From NCBI RefSeq assembly GCF_964194025.1, contig NC_134473.1, positions 66,278,001 through 66,342,000 of the forward strand: a stretch of 64,000 nt of DNA. Direction: 5' to 3'. Shown here piece by piece: positions 13,770 through 26,200 of the stretch. Each line of letters opens with the position of its first letter. The stretch's first letter is position 1. A program made the translations under genes and the position numbers. The notes under the pieces are model-generated. The model saw only the letters and a program-made list of their open reading frames with translations, ran no database searches and had not been told where the DNA came from. The stretch comes from Convolutriloba macropyga (Eukaryota).

Positions 13770-16361
13770 ATGTCGAGTGGCCATGACGAATTTGAGAGGC
13801 TGAAGCGGGAGGCGATGATGAGTGGAGGAAATAAGAACGCGGATCTGCCGGGTGTTTTTATTCCCAATACTGTGTTCGCCTTCTTAGGAGGAATCATTGC
13901 TGCTTACTACATGTTCAGGGCTTTCAAAAGTGGACTCAACTTATTCAAGGTGACTTCTTGAGTTTAAAAGATTCGTTCGCAAGACACTTTGATTCTAGTA
14001 CTTTTTCAGAACCGTTTTTGTTGGTGTCTAACAAGACGCCCTGATGCTGAATTTCTTCAAAAACAAAAATTATTAACCCAAAAAGAGCATTAGTATTGGC
14101 CTCATTTTTAAACTAAGCTGTGCATTGTAATCCTGACAACGCGGGCCGGTTAATGCGGCGAAGCGCGACCACCGGCTTGCAAGGGACCATTTATAATGCA
14201 ACTATCTTCTAAATTTTCGCCTTTGCTTAGCCCATTTTTCAAAGCTCAGCTTGCTTGACCGCCACCGGTAAAATTCATTTTTTGAAATACTCTTTTTTGA
14301 AAATTAAATTGATTAAAGTACTCGTAAAATTAAAATCAAACCAACATTTTTTTTATTATTTATTAACATATTATTTTTTAACAGATTAGATATTAAATAG
14401 TTAAGCTAAATAAATTAATTATACTTTTTACTATTTGAAGTTTTTTAAATAAAAAAAATTAAATAAACTAAAATTAAATACTTTCTACTTTCTTTTTACT
14501 TTTAAAAATATTTTTGTATACTAAATAAAGTATATACTGCTTTTCACGTAGGTATTCTGTTTCGGACGTGGAACCGCTGGAACTGTCGACTTCAAGAAAT
14601 TAGGAAAATGGGCCGTGGTGACAGGAGCCACTGATGGGATCGGAAAAGCGTACGCAGAGGAATTAGCCGAGGAAGGAATGAGTGTAGTTCTCATCAGCCG
14701 AACTCAGTCAAAGTTGAACGAGGTGGAGGAAGAGATTCAGAAGAATTCTGGAGATCATGGAATTGATACGAAAACAATCGCTGCTGATTTCTCTAAGACA
14801 GATATTTACGACCTCATCAAAGACGAGCTCAAGGTCTGTGAATTTGCAACTAGTAACCTTGATTGAGTGAGTGTCATTGTTATATCAAGATTTGGTATGC
14901 CATTTAGCAGAACTTTGGCCTGTTTATTAGGAGTTTTGTTAAAATCGCAAATCGGCTTGAAATCTCTTTTTTCCTGTGAAAGGTAAATTACCTGACGAGC
15001 TTAAGCCCAATTTCTATCTCGAGGATGGCTGCTTCAAAAGAGACTTACGAGTTTCTGCAGAAAGCTAAAATAATATTTGAAAATATTTTGACCGATTTTG
15101 TTGCAGAAGTAGTTTTATATCGGTAGCCAGCAAATCTATTCTGCTACTAACGTATTCCTGGTGATCCTAAGGCTATAGTCTGACAATGGAACGACTGTTT
15201 TCGTGCATTGTGAGTTTTCAGTCAGCTTAAAGCCGTTCGAGTCACGATGGTCTATCTGCTCAATTTCTTCTGATGGACTACTTTTGGCAAGCGAGCCTGG
15301 TAGCAATGATTAAACAGGCTATTCTGAGAATAAAAAATTGTGTTGGTTTTGTAGGATCTGGACATTGGGGTACTTGTGAACAACGTGGGCATGTCCTATG
15401 AGTACCCAGAAGACTACGCCCTGGTACCGGAGGAGAAACACGTGGACATCCTCAACATCAACTGTCTATCTGTAGTGAAGATGATGTCAATTGTGTTGCC
15501 TGGAATGTTGGCCAGGAAGAGAGGAGCCGTCATTAATATCAGCTCTGCTAGTGGAATCCAACCGACGCCTTTACTGGCCAGTTATGGAGCAACTAAGGTT
15601 GGCATGTTTCAGATGGAGAATTAACTTGTAAACATTAACAAGCACTAGTTGCAAACATCAATTTACACAAATGCATCGACACAGAGCGTTTTTACGATCA
15701 GCAATACTCGAGTTATGAACGTGTCATTAAATGACAAGCAGGGACTTTTGAGATTTTCGTCGAATTCTGACAATTGCGGAATTCTTCATCTAAATATGAC
15801 GCTAGCGTGGTTATTTTTAACCGCAAACATGTTATAAGAAATTCCACTGAATAATAATAATCCCTTTCCATCGGAAGCAAACGAATTTTTTGTTCCTCTT
15901 TTCATGTGTTTAAATCAATGCTTGGTTCGCTTCAAATCATCTGGTGATAATTTTGGATAAACTGTCGAAATAAGTTTTCTAAAGAACGGATTTTTGCTAA
16001 ATGGAAATGGGAGTATTTTTTTTAGTCGTTCGTGGATGCCCTGTCCAAAGCGGTAGCAACTGAAGTCCTCTACTCTTCTAACCCCAACATCATCATCCAA
16101 AGCGTGACCCCTTTCTTCGTCAAGACCAAGTTGGCTGGAATCCGCCGAAGCTCCTTCTTCGTACCTGAACCAAACTACTTTGTCCAGAGTGCTTTGAACA
16201 CAGTCGGAGTTTTTGACCACACCTACGGGTGTCTGTCTCACGAATTGCAGGCCGCGGGTTTGTCGATAGTTCCAGCTTTTGTGTACCGACTTATGGCTTA
16301 TAGACAGCTGTATGCAGCGAAGAAAAGATTTCTGAAGAAAAAGAATAAAAAAACCGATTAA
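13770..16361 (+). CDS. HSD17B12: Very-long-chain 3-oxoacyl-CoA reductase / 17-beta-HSD12-like SDR, 4 exons, ~346 aa
   Basis: Exons 13770-13949, 14552-14833, 15355-15597, 16026-16361 (all phase 0, GT-AG). N-terminal hydrophobic segment, WAVVTGATDGIGKAYA Rossmann motif, LVNNVGM, catalytic YGATK, C-terminal KKTD di-lysine ER signal; AATAAA at 16539. Confidence 0.92.
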
Positions 16362-17232
16362 AGAAAGCTAAGCAAAACCCACAGGCCATTGTCTCACTTT
16401 TGTTATGAACACCTGAAATTAGTCATGGTCCCTGGGTAATCAAGAACTGAGTCGGTAAATTAGTTTCTGTACTTATATAAGATTTGACTGCTTCTAAGCA
16501 TTTGATTCGTTTAATATATGACGCTGATTTGCCTCTGAAATAAATATATATTCGGCATTAATTTGGAAGCTACGCTCCTGTGATAAATTCCCTTGATGAC
16601 AATCTTTATAGATCATGGCTTTATGTGGTATTGTTTGATGCGAAATCAGGATTCAAGAGGATCTGAGATTGATATATTTGTAATCGTGAGTGATTTCATT
16701 ATCCCAAGTTGTAAAATAATTATTCCCACGAGTGTTAATGTAAGAGTTGTATATTATATTTGGAAATGAAATACTGTCTGATATGATTCTTCTTTATTGC
16801 TCGCCCCAAACGATTTGGTCTTTTTATACGATTTTTTGTTGATCGTTTCTGACGGAATTTTTTGCTGAGAAACGGAATGAGCTGATAAGGCTTGAGAGCA
16901 CGCGGTGTAGCTGGTAGAGATTCACTAGTCTTTGAGCATGCGATCCACCGAAACTGCTGAGAATACTTAAATTAATAGAGTATAGGGCAATTGTTGTACT
17001 TTCGGAACGGTCCCCACTTTTCTGGACCCATTCACCACTTTTCTGTTCTTCAATCTGCAGAGAACAATTTTCTGCTTAAAATTTAAAAAAAAAACAAAAT
17101 TGAAGTGCTTGTAATGTCTGAAGTCAATTGTTTGCAGCTCAGTGATTGATAATGAATATGGTAGATTCACGTTGCAGGCGAGTGTTAAGAAAACAAGAAC
17201 AAGAAAACAAAACATTCACTTTATCTGATTTT

Positions 17233-17622
17233 TAAATTGCTCTCGAATGAAGTTTGAAGATGTTGTAAACGTTTTTTTTTTTGAAAAATTTCTGCTGGAC
17301 CGTTTTTGTGCTTCTGTTCTGGAACATTCTTTTGGTTTCCCTTCTCGAGTGACTTTTCACGCTTGACTTCTTGATTTTTGCGTGATCTAAGTTACTCTCA
17401 TTCAGAAGTTAAATTCGTGGCTAACAGAAATTATATGGAAAGCGCCTGTTAGCTGAGTGTTTAATGTTAATGCTTCAGTCTAGTACGTCGAAGGTCGCGA
17501 GTGCGAACCCTCCTAGTCATTTTTTTGCACCCAAGGAAATTTATCTAGGCTACACTTCCCTCTGAATTAAATTGACCCGCCTGTCAATCGAGATCAATTT
17601 AGAGCGAATTTAGTCGGTTTGT
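17233..17622 (+). mobile_element. Family-B1 Helentron-like element with internal tRNA-like cassette (17442-17519)
   Basis: 5' aattgctctcgaa; 3' tcgagatcaatt...tagtcggttt; A-box tagctgagtgtttaa, B-box-like gtgcgaacc. Confidence 0.7.
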
Positions 17623-17635
17623 GGTTCTTTTTGTT

Positions 17636-18052
17636 TAGTTGCTCTCAAACGAAATTTGAGAGCTATTTTATTCCTGTTCTTTTCGTTGCCTGAACCTTAT
17701 AACTTTACGTCCTCAAAAGCCGATAAACAGGTATAGCCCGGAGGGCATCAATTGGTTGAACAGCTCGCTTAGAGTCTTTCGCCTTTCTAGTCTCGATTAC
17801 TTGATTCCCCAAAACTACTTTGAGTAGACATTTTTGTATTTCTTAGGTTCTTAATCTTTAAAGTTTGACCCCCCGTTTCAGTCACCCCCTTCACTCCACT
17901 CCACCAACGCCAACACTAAACCGTCCACCTTTTATCACTTGATCCCCCAGCTATCCGCTCACCCCCCCCCCCCCCCCAATGCTTGCTTCCCTAATCCGTA
18001 ACTCACTTGCCGGTTGTTTGAGAGCAATTCGCCCGACGTTAGTCGGCTATGT
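17636..18052 (+). mobile_element. Family-B2 Helentron-like element (same termini as B1, C-rich interior)
   Basis: 5' ttgctctcaaac; 3' gtttgagagcaatt-cgcCCGACgttaGTCGG-ctatgt; internal aaacaggta..gcccggagggcat motif. Confidence 0.75.
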
Positions 18053-19226
18053 CTAAATAATAACAGGCTTTGATTTCCAATTCATTTTTTGTAGCCTTTT
18101 TGTGACAACTAGTTCCAGGTTGCTTGTAACTACGGATTTGCGCTAAATGTTTCATACATGATATAGACCAGCTCTTGGCGCCTCTATGCAACGGAAATGA
18201 TTTTCTGTGTGTGAGATGACTTTGCGCTATTCGATAAAAGTTTTTGACCCTGCTTAACTGAGCTTTTTTCTAACCAAAGACATGAAAACCTTATCGAATG
18301 TCATATAAAATCAGATATGCGAAAAGAATGAAATTTGTAAGTTAAATGTGTTTCTGTGTGATAAATGTCATTGGTATTTTGCCTTTGAGCTGTGAAAAAG
18401 TTCATCGCAAGCTATGCTGAATCATTTTGAGAAGAAGATATCATCTTTCAAAACCTACGTTCTTACTGCTTACCTAAATTTTTTTTGCTTTCGGTTACAC
18501 CGATCAACTCCAGTAACAATTTAAAAGAAAATTGCAGGCAACTGCATTTTTCTGGAAATCAGATGGTTGTTTGAACAGGGATAATGGAGTAATTTAAAAG
18601 TTGGAATTGGAGCAATTTTCGTAGTGGTTATTTTTGGGTTGCTAGCATTTTCAAGGTTTCTTGACGATCTTCTCAAGTGAATTAGCAACGTTAATGTTAT
18701 AGCTGCAAGTGTTCATTGTCCGTAATTTTTCGTTCGTTGTTGGGTAATGATTTATTTGGCGACAGGTAATCGGTTTTGCTTTGGTTAAGTTATTTCCCAG
18801 GTTTGTTTTTCTCTTTGTTCTGTGTTAACGAATTTTAAAGATAGATTTGATTATCAATTTTTCAGCGTGTTCACTCTTAGAAAGAGCAGCCTGGTCATCA
18901 TACGCCGTGAAGCACTATCGGCAATTCTAGTCAATTGAACAAACTACGTCCGATTTTCTGAACGGATTTTTGTATTGGACAACGCCTTCAAATCACAAAT
19001 CGTAGCAATTTCGTTCGACCACGTCTTATTTTGTTTTTTTTTTCGTGGCCAGATTGCTTTGTTGCGAGCGTTTGATCAACGGTTCGAAAAGCGCCATTTT
19101 AGAGTTTTTGTCCTTTCTTACGCTTGTCAACTTCACTGGGGTTGGTGGTGTCATCTGTTTCATCAATTAAAGAATTTTGTGATCCTCAATTAGTTACTTC
19201 TGTCGGTCTCGTCTTCGTCGTCAGTA

Positions 19227-22200
19227 TTATTGTTCTGACCCCACTTGTGGGGGGAGGAACTATACACTCAAATGGGATTTTTTGTTCAGTCAATTTTGGC
19301 CGATCGATATATTCATCGAAGAGAAATGTGAGTGATATCATTAAAAAGCTCGTCCAGCGTAAAATTCGAAATTAAAAAGATTTTTTGAATTTCGTATTTC
19401 TCGAGGAGTTGTTGAGGTTTAAAGTTTTGTGTGAAGACGTGATATTTGAATGATTTTGTTCACTTTTAGCGTAATTTTTGTTCAAATTAAGGCTTTTCTA
19501 TAAAAATTTTATTTCAAAATTACATTTCACGTTACAAAATGAAACAATTTTGTGTTACCAGAAGACCGATAAACAGGCTAGATCTGGTCTCGTGTGAAAA
19601 TTTACTATAAAAAAAACTCGAATTCAATTTGAGAGCTGTTTTTTTTTTAGAAAACTTTTCCTATTTTTTATTGTTTTTTTAGTCACTTAGAGACTAGTCA
19701 TTTTCATATCGAGGTTCCTTTAATGGCAAATCTCATTTACAGTCACTTGATAACCAATGAACAAAAAGTTCAACTGCAAGGAAACGCTCATGTGTTTTTT
19801 TTGTCTTCGACTCTGAGTTTTCGAAATTTTTAATGAAATTTTGATTTTCTTTTTGATATGTAACTAAATTTTGGGAGCCCTATGGCATAAACTCGCTAAC
19901 TAAAAGTGCAATCGGCTTTCTAATGTGTATTAGGTAAACCTTTATAGTGCTTTGAATGGACAGCTAATAGCTGTCAAGACTTTAAAAATTTTTCGAAAAT
20001 ATTTTTTAACAATAAACAATATTAAAAACAAAAGTAAGTCAGTTTCGGTAATGGCGGGAGACAGGACCCCATTCTTTTTTACTGCAATCAGAACTAATAT
20101 GGTAAGCGGTTTTATCTGCTAACTATTGGTTTTATGACTTCGATAATACGAGTTTTCGTAATTTCAAAAAAACTTCGGATTTTTTTTTAAATTTTGGTTC
20201 CTTTTGAAATCTTATCTCATTCTGTTCGCAGTCCCCATTGGCTCATTATGTTTGGCAGTCACCATTGGCTTAATCAACACCTCCAATGGATCCTAGATAA
20301 AGTTTTTCAGAGAAAGAAATATGGTTTAAATGACTTCGACACTTTCTTATCAAATTTCCGCTGAATTTTTTTTGGTTTTTGCCTGGTTTTAACGTCGTTT
20401 TCTTAATCATAGGACTTGCTGTGATGTCTTATTGCTGACATATTGATGATAAACATCCAGTTCTGTCCATCGAGGCATAAAATAGTGTATTTTTTTCTTC
20501 TGTTGAAAGCTCTTAAATTTAATGGCTGTTGAGACTTTAATAAATTATTTTTTAGATTGTTTTTGGACATTAACTACTCTTAACCTTATTTTCGTGAACC
20601 TTAAGTCAGTATCAATAATGACATGACATTTTTTTCTGCTGAAACTAAAATGAATCTTGCTAGTGGTTTTATCTTCTAACTACTGGTTTTGTGACTTCGA
20701 GGACTCGAGTTTTCATATTTTTAAAAAAATTTTGTATATTTTTTTTGTAATTTTGGTTCCCTTTGAAATTCATCACCTTAACCTAATATTGATAGTTCTC
20801 ACTGATTATCTCACAGAAGGGGTTCGATGGATCCTGGATAAAGTTTGCAGAAAAAAGTATCGTTTCGACACTTTCTTGCACTTTCCCACTGAATTTTTGG
20901 TTTTTGCCTGCTTTTGTTGTTGTTTTCATAAGACTTATTTTGACTTGTTATTGATAATCTAAGAATGATAAACATCCTTATCTCCCTATTGAGGCATAAC
21001 TTTGTGTAATTATTGATTTCCGTTGAGAGCTATTGAATTTAGTGGCTATTAAGACTTAAAAAAAACTATTTTTGGACATTATAAAACCATTATAAAACAT
21101 TTTTCATGAACTATAAGTTAGTCTCTGTAATGACAGGACCACCCTCATTTTTACTGCATTGGAAAATACTCTGGGAAGCGGTTTTGTCTGGTAAATATTT
21201 TTATGAATTCGATGCCACGAGTTCTCATAATTTCAAAAAAAATATCGGATTGTTTTTTGTAACTTTGGTTCCTCTTGAAATCTTATCTCATTATCCTAAT
21301 ATTGATAGTTCACATTGACTTCTAAAAGACGTCCAAAGAAGCCTTGATAAAGAGTTCAGAGAAACGCGTTTGGTTTAAATGGCTTCGACACTTTCTTCTC
21401 GGACTTTTCTACTGAATTTTCGGTTTTTGCATATACTTGTTGTTTTCATAATCATAAGACTTATTGTGATGTCCTGTTATTGACTGATGATTGACAAATA
21501 TCCCCGCATTCTCATTAAGGCATAACTTAGCGTATTTTTGTCTTCCGGTCAAAGCCATTGAATTTAACATCATTGATATAACGGGTTTTCACAAAAATTT
21601 CGTGGTTTTATTATATTTGTTCATACTTGTTGATTTTTTGAAGTCATATTGTTAAGAATTAGAAGAACCCCATCGCTGCTAAAGATTTATTTGAGATTAC
21701 AATTTTTGCTAAATTTTTTTCCTTTTCTTGGCTTCGACATTTTTCCTCGCTCGTTTTTTTTTTGAATTTGCTGTTCTGCCTTTTTTTAAAATTCTTCATG
21801 TAGGCGTAAAATGCGGACTGGTCGCACAGGCTTCTAATGGAGGATTCAATGAATGATGTTGCCAATGCACTAAGTTTATAGCGAATAGTAGTAAAGTTTA
21901 CAATATTGTTCGTTCAAAAAGATTTTTTTTTACTTTTCAGTTTTTGTTCTTTTCGTCAACTTGTAATTTATTCTCATCCTTGAGAGGTTCCATCCAATTT
22001 TTTGCTTAAATTCAGAAATTATTTTTCCATTGATACCATTTTGTAACTGATGTTTTGTTTGTTGGACAATATGCGTTTTCATAAAAGTTTTGTGAGTGGT
22101 CAATATTTGTGTTTCTTTTTCTCTTCTTTTATCATATTCGCTGAAAAATTTTTGTTTTTCGCTGATTTTGTTGCTTATTTTCTCGTAGTCTTTCTAATGG

Positions 22201-22391
22201 CAGATCTTGTGAGCGCTGTTTTGTGACATGGTATTTTTTATCTCCTTTAGTAGTTCGATTTTTAACGATTTTTCAAAATTCAAACATCTATTTTTAATTA
22301 TCTCATCATTAGGTTGACAATTAAGTAAAAAAGGTAGATGAGCTCGGGTCGGAACATCATGTGCGAACGCACATTAACGAGTATCCTTGTT
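19227..22391 (+). mobile_element. Family-C Helentron-like element (~3.2 kb) with three internal ~530 bp tandem units
   Basis: 5' ttattgttctgaccc; 3' gggtcggaaca (22346-22356) + hairpin ATGTGCGaaCGCACAT (22359-22374) + taacgagtatccttgtt; internal units at about 19975, 20530 and 21050. Confidence 0.8.
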
Positions 22392-23229
22392 GTTTGTCTA
22401 GCACCTCTTCTATAAACTCAAAAGTGCCCTGCTCCTTCATTTTTAGTAAGGTTTGATGCTGGGTGAGATGCTGAATTTTCGATGCAATTTTGAAGTTTTT
22501 TTATTCCCGCTGCCTTTCTTGTATTGTTTTGCAAACCATTACAGTCTTACATCTAGGTGTTCGAAAGAATTTTGTCTAGCTGCCTTAGATTCCGCGGTAC
22601 AACCTAACTAAAAAAGGCTATCTTTTACTTATAATGGCCAAATTTTTAGGCGAACCAACGTCGATTTCAAGTTAGTCAGTGCTTTCGAAGTAAAGTTCTG
22701 TTATACAGCATTATTCTTCTCCCAGACACACAGCCTCTTGATTTTTTGAAGTTCGATTTTAGATGAAAAAGGCGGTTAAATTGCAGGAAAAGGTAGATTT
22801 TTTTGCAAATGCTCTTATTTTTGCTTCGTTGTGGTTTTGTGATTGAAAAACTGGCGCATACCAAATCTGTAGTAGCGACATATTCTGGTGTAAAGTAATA
22901 ATTTTTTGCCTGGGTGTGTTTGCTTGTTATCTGTGTCGTGTACTCGTAGCTAATAAACACGTGGTATATCAGTAACTGCCGAGTTCTGATTCTTTATCGA
23001 GAAATATATCGGCTGTGTATTACGTTGCAAATTTTTTTCAGATTGAAATGATCTCGTGCGTATGTTATTATTGAATCTTGACCTAAAATAAACATTGCCT
23101 TAGAATAAAAAAACAGTCACTTACAAAGACTACGAAACACATACAAACGCTGTTTTTTCAAGTTGGTAAAAGTAGAGCTCATATTCGGTGATTTTACATA
23201 GTAGAACTATTATACAGTGATTTCCCAAT

Positions 23230-26200
23230 ATGCCGAAGTTAGACGATTTGGCTCTCAATCTGAAGTTGCTGACGAAACAGTTGGAGAGGGAAGCTAAGAA
23301 AAGCAAACAGTCTCAACATCAACAGAGAAGTAAGAATATTTATGTCAATTTCAGTTTGAAGAGAGAAAAATTGGCGTTAGACTTCAGAATTTTCAAACGG
23401 TTAATAGGTGGATTATTTAGAGAACGGTCTTTCTGTAACGATAAAGGTAAAACCTTTTACATGAAGCGCAGCTTTTCAAAAAAGGAATATCTTGAATAGT
23501 CAAACCTTGGTTTATTTTGAAAAAGCATTGAGTTACAATAAGTGTGTACCTGAGAGAGAGAGAGAAAAAAAAGTAAATTCACTTAGATAGGCGAACATGT
23601 AGCTAATGCACTTTTGGTCGTTGTTAATTGTTCTCGAACGAGGTTTGAAGCGATTATTGTAAATTTGTCTTTTTTTTGCAGAGTTTTTACTTGCACATAT
23701 TTTCGCTTTGTCTAAAATGTTCTTTGACTTTTGAGTGACTTTCACATTTCAGTACTTAATTTTCGAGTGATATGAGTTGACCTCGTTCTGAAATAGTTTG
23801 GTGGTAAAAGCGATTGTAAGCGAACGCAATCACGAGGCATTGGAGCTGAGTTGCTAAGATTTCAGACTGTGACCCCGGAGGTCAGGGTTTCGAGAGGTAC
23901 CCTTTGAAGTCGTTTGCACCCATTTTTATACCTCCTCTAAATTAAATTTCCCCTCGCCTGTCGTACGAGAGCACTTCAGCCAACGTCAATCTGTTTATGT
24001 TTAAAACTTGAAGATGCAGATATTAGACTAGGTGATGATTGACTGCAATGAACTGAATGGAAGTGACACCGACGTACATGGTTTTGAAATTTTTATGCTG
24101 TCTCGCTATATCATGGTTTGATTTTTTGGATAAATTGCAGAAGTGTGACGTAATTTGTACCCGTTATCCGAGCAGAAATGTCTAATTCAACTATATAGGA
24201 ATACGAGTGTTAACCGACACACAAATTAGAAGACACACGTACTAGTCGACAGATTTCATCAGGACGCAGTTAAAATGACATAAATCAAAATTGGATAGTT
24301 CAGTGTTATTGGAATTCTGAGGCATGGCCAAGTTAGATGATAGTATTTACAGGCGCTAGTGAAAATGGCAGACGTACCAAAATATAGAAATTTTATTGCT
24401 GGCCAATCACAATTGAGAAAATGGGAATAGTGTTTTCTGATTGCTCAACAAACTCTCCATGTTTTATAATAGGATATGAATGTTAACGTAAAATTGCTCA
24501 GAAATCGCGATAAGCCGAAAGAGAAATCGTATTTTTTTTTGGGAGGGGAACTGATCTCATATTCGGTTGTAATAGATTCATATCAAGTCCCACGGGCCGC
24601 TGAGGCATGGCCATGGCCCGTGAGGCATGGCCAGGTGCGGTAAAAAAATACAATCTAGAATTAGGCTAAGGCCCATTTAGGCTAATTGAACGCATAAAGG
24701 TAGTGTTTTAAACTTCTCAACCAATCACATTCGTTGAAAATTCTATATTTTGGTACGTCTATTTGTTAAAACGTCAATTTACAGCCTGTTAATGTTTGTG
24801 TTAAACCAAAAGGCTGCTACTCTACCCGCTTAGTGCGAGGACAATTATCATGAACTTTGGTTTTCGAGTAGTTATATTTGCTTAACTGTCGACTAAAAGG
24901 TGTGTCGGCTAATTTTTGTGTCGTCCAATTGACCGGCCACGTAAATACAGTAACAAATCAAAACTGGTTGTAAAAATTACGCGCGCTTGTTAATTAAGTA
25001 CTAGAGTACTGCTTTTGAATACTCGTTATCAATGGTTTCCACCTATGGCCTATTTGCCTTGTTTCACTCAATTAAAAACTCGATAAAACAAAAAATACTA
25101 ATTGTATATCAAACTGCTGCTTTTCGATGTATCGATTTTTTAATGGACTGAAAGCCGAGAGAAGCTATTAATGACGATAGTTGAAAGCAGTATTCTAATG
25201 TGCTTAATTTAAAAGCGTACGTAGTTTAAGTGTCCGTTTTCATTTCGATCAGTTATTAGAAAGTTTTGTATTCTTGCATTATTTTATTAATGGACACAAA
25301 AAACACTTACGACTGTTATTGAAACACATTAGACTACTGCTTTCGACACTCGTTATTAATGTTCTCACTCGGCCTTGGAGCTCATTTCACTCAATTAATA
25401 ACTCGAAAAAAAATACTTCAGTATCAATTTTGTTCGTAGGGCATCTATATTAAAGAATGCAAAAAACGCACACTTGTTAATTAATATGCATTTAGTGTCC
25501 AAAACAAGTCGCGCTTTTAAAATACAGTAAATCCGCTCAATTCTGGGAAATGTTAATTGTGTTCTTTTTATTGTGTTGTGTAGGTAAACTGAAGAAAGCG
25601 ATAGAGCAGAATAACATGGAGGGTGCCAAGATCTACGCAGAGAACGCCATTCGTAACAAGAACGAGGAGCTTAACTACCTCAAGTTGGCTTCGAGGATAG
25701 ACGCAGTGGCGGCCAGGGTGAACTCGGCTGCCAAAATGGGTGCACTGACTAAGAACATGTCTGGTGTGACCAAGGCACTCGACAGCTGCATGAAACAGTT
25801 CAGTCTGGAAAAGGTAATCACACATTGCTAGGGTGCTTAGCTGGTGCTAAAAACCTATGGATGGAAGAAAAATGTTCATATAAGAAAAATTTGACAAAAA
25901 TGTTCTTTTAAATTCATATGGGAAAAGGAATAATTGATTATTGTTCTTATACAACTGCTTTAACTTTACAAAGTAACGTTATGCATATGAAAGTGTACGA
26001 TCGTTGTGCTATCAATGTTCAACTTAAAAATGTTTACGAATTCGGTTATTTTATTGATTGATAGCAATATTCGACGCGGGAAGGAAAGGAAGCAAGAAAA
26101 TTTGAAATTTTATGGAGAAATTAAATAGATGAAAGAATGAATGCTTGGAAGCGCAAATTTCTCCCCTCCACGGCAAGAATATGTAGAAATGTTTGCGTTT

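Noticed and set aside
24940-25530. Internal direct and inverted repeats (tactgcttt.ga..actcgtta) suggesting another MITE; likewise 46830-47008 and 3300-3420
   Set aside because: Termini and TSDs could not be defined from single copies.
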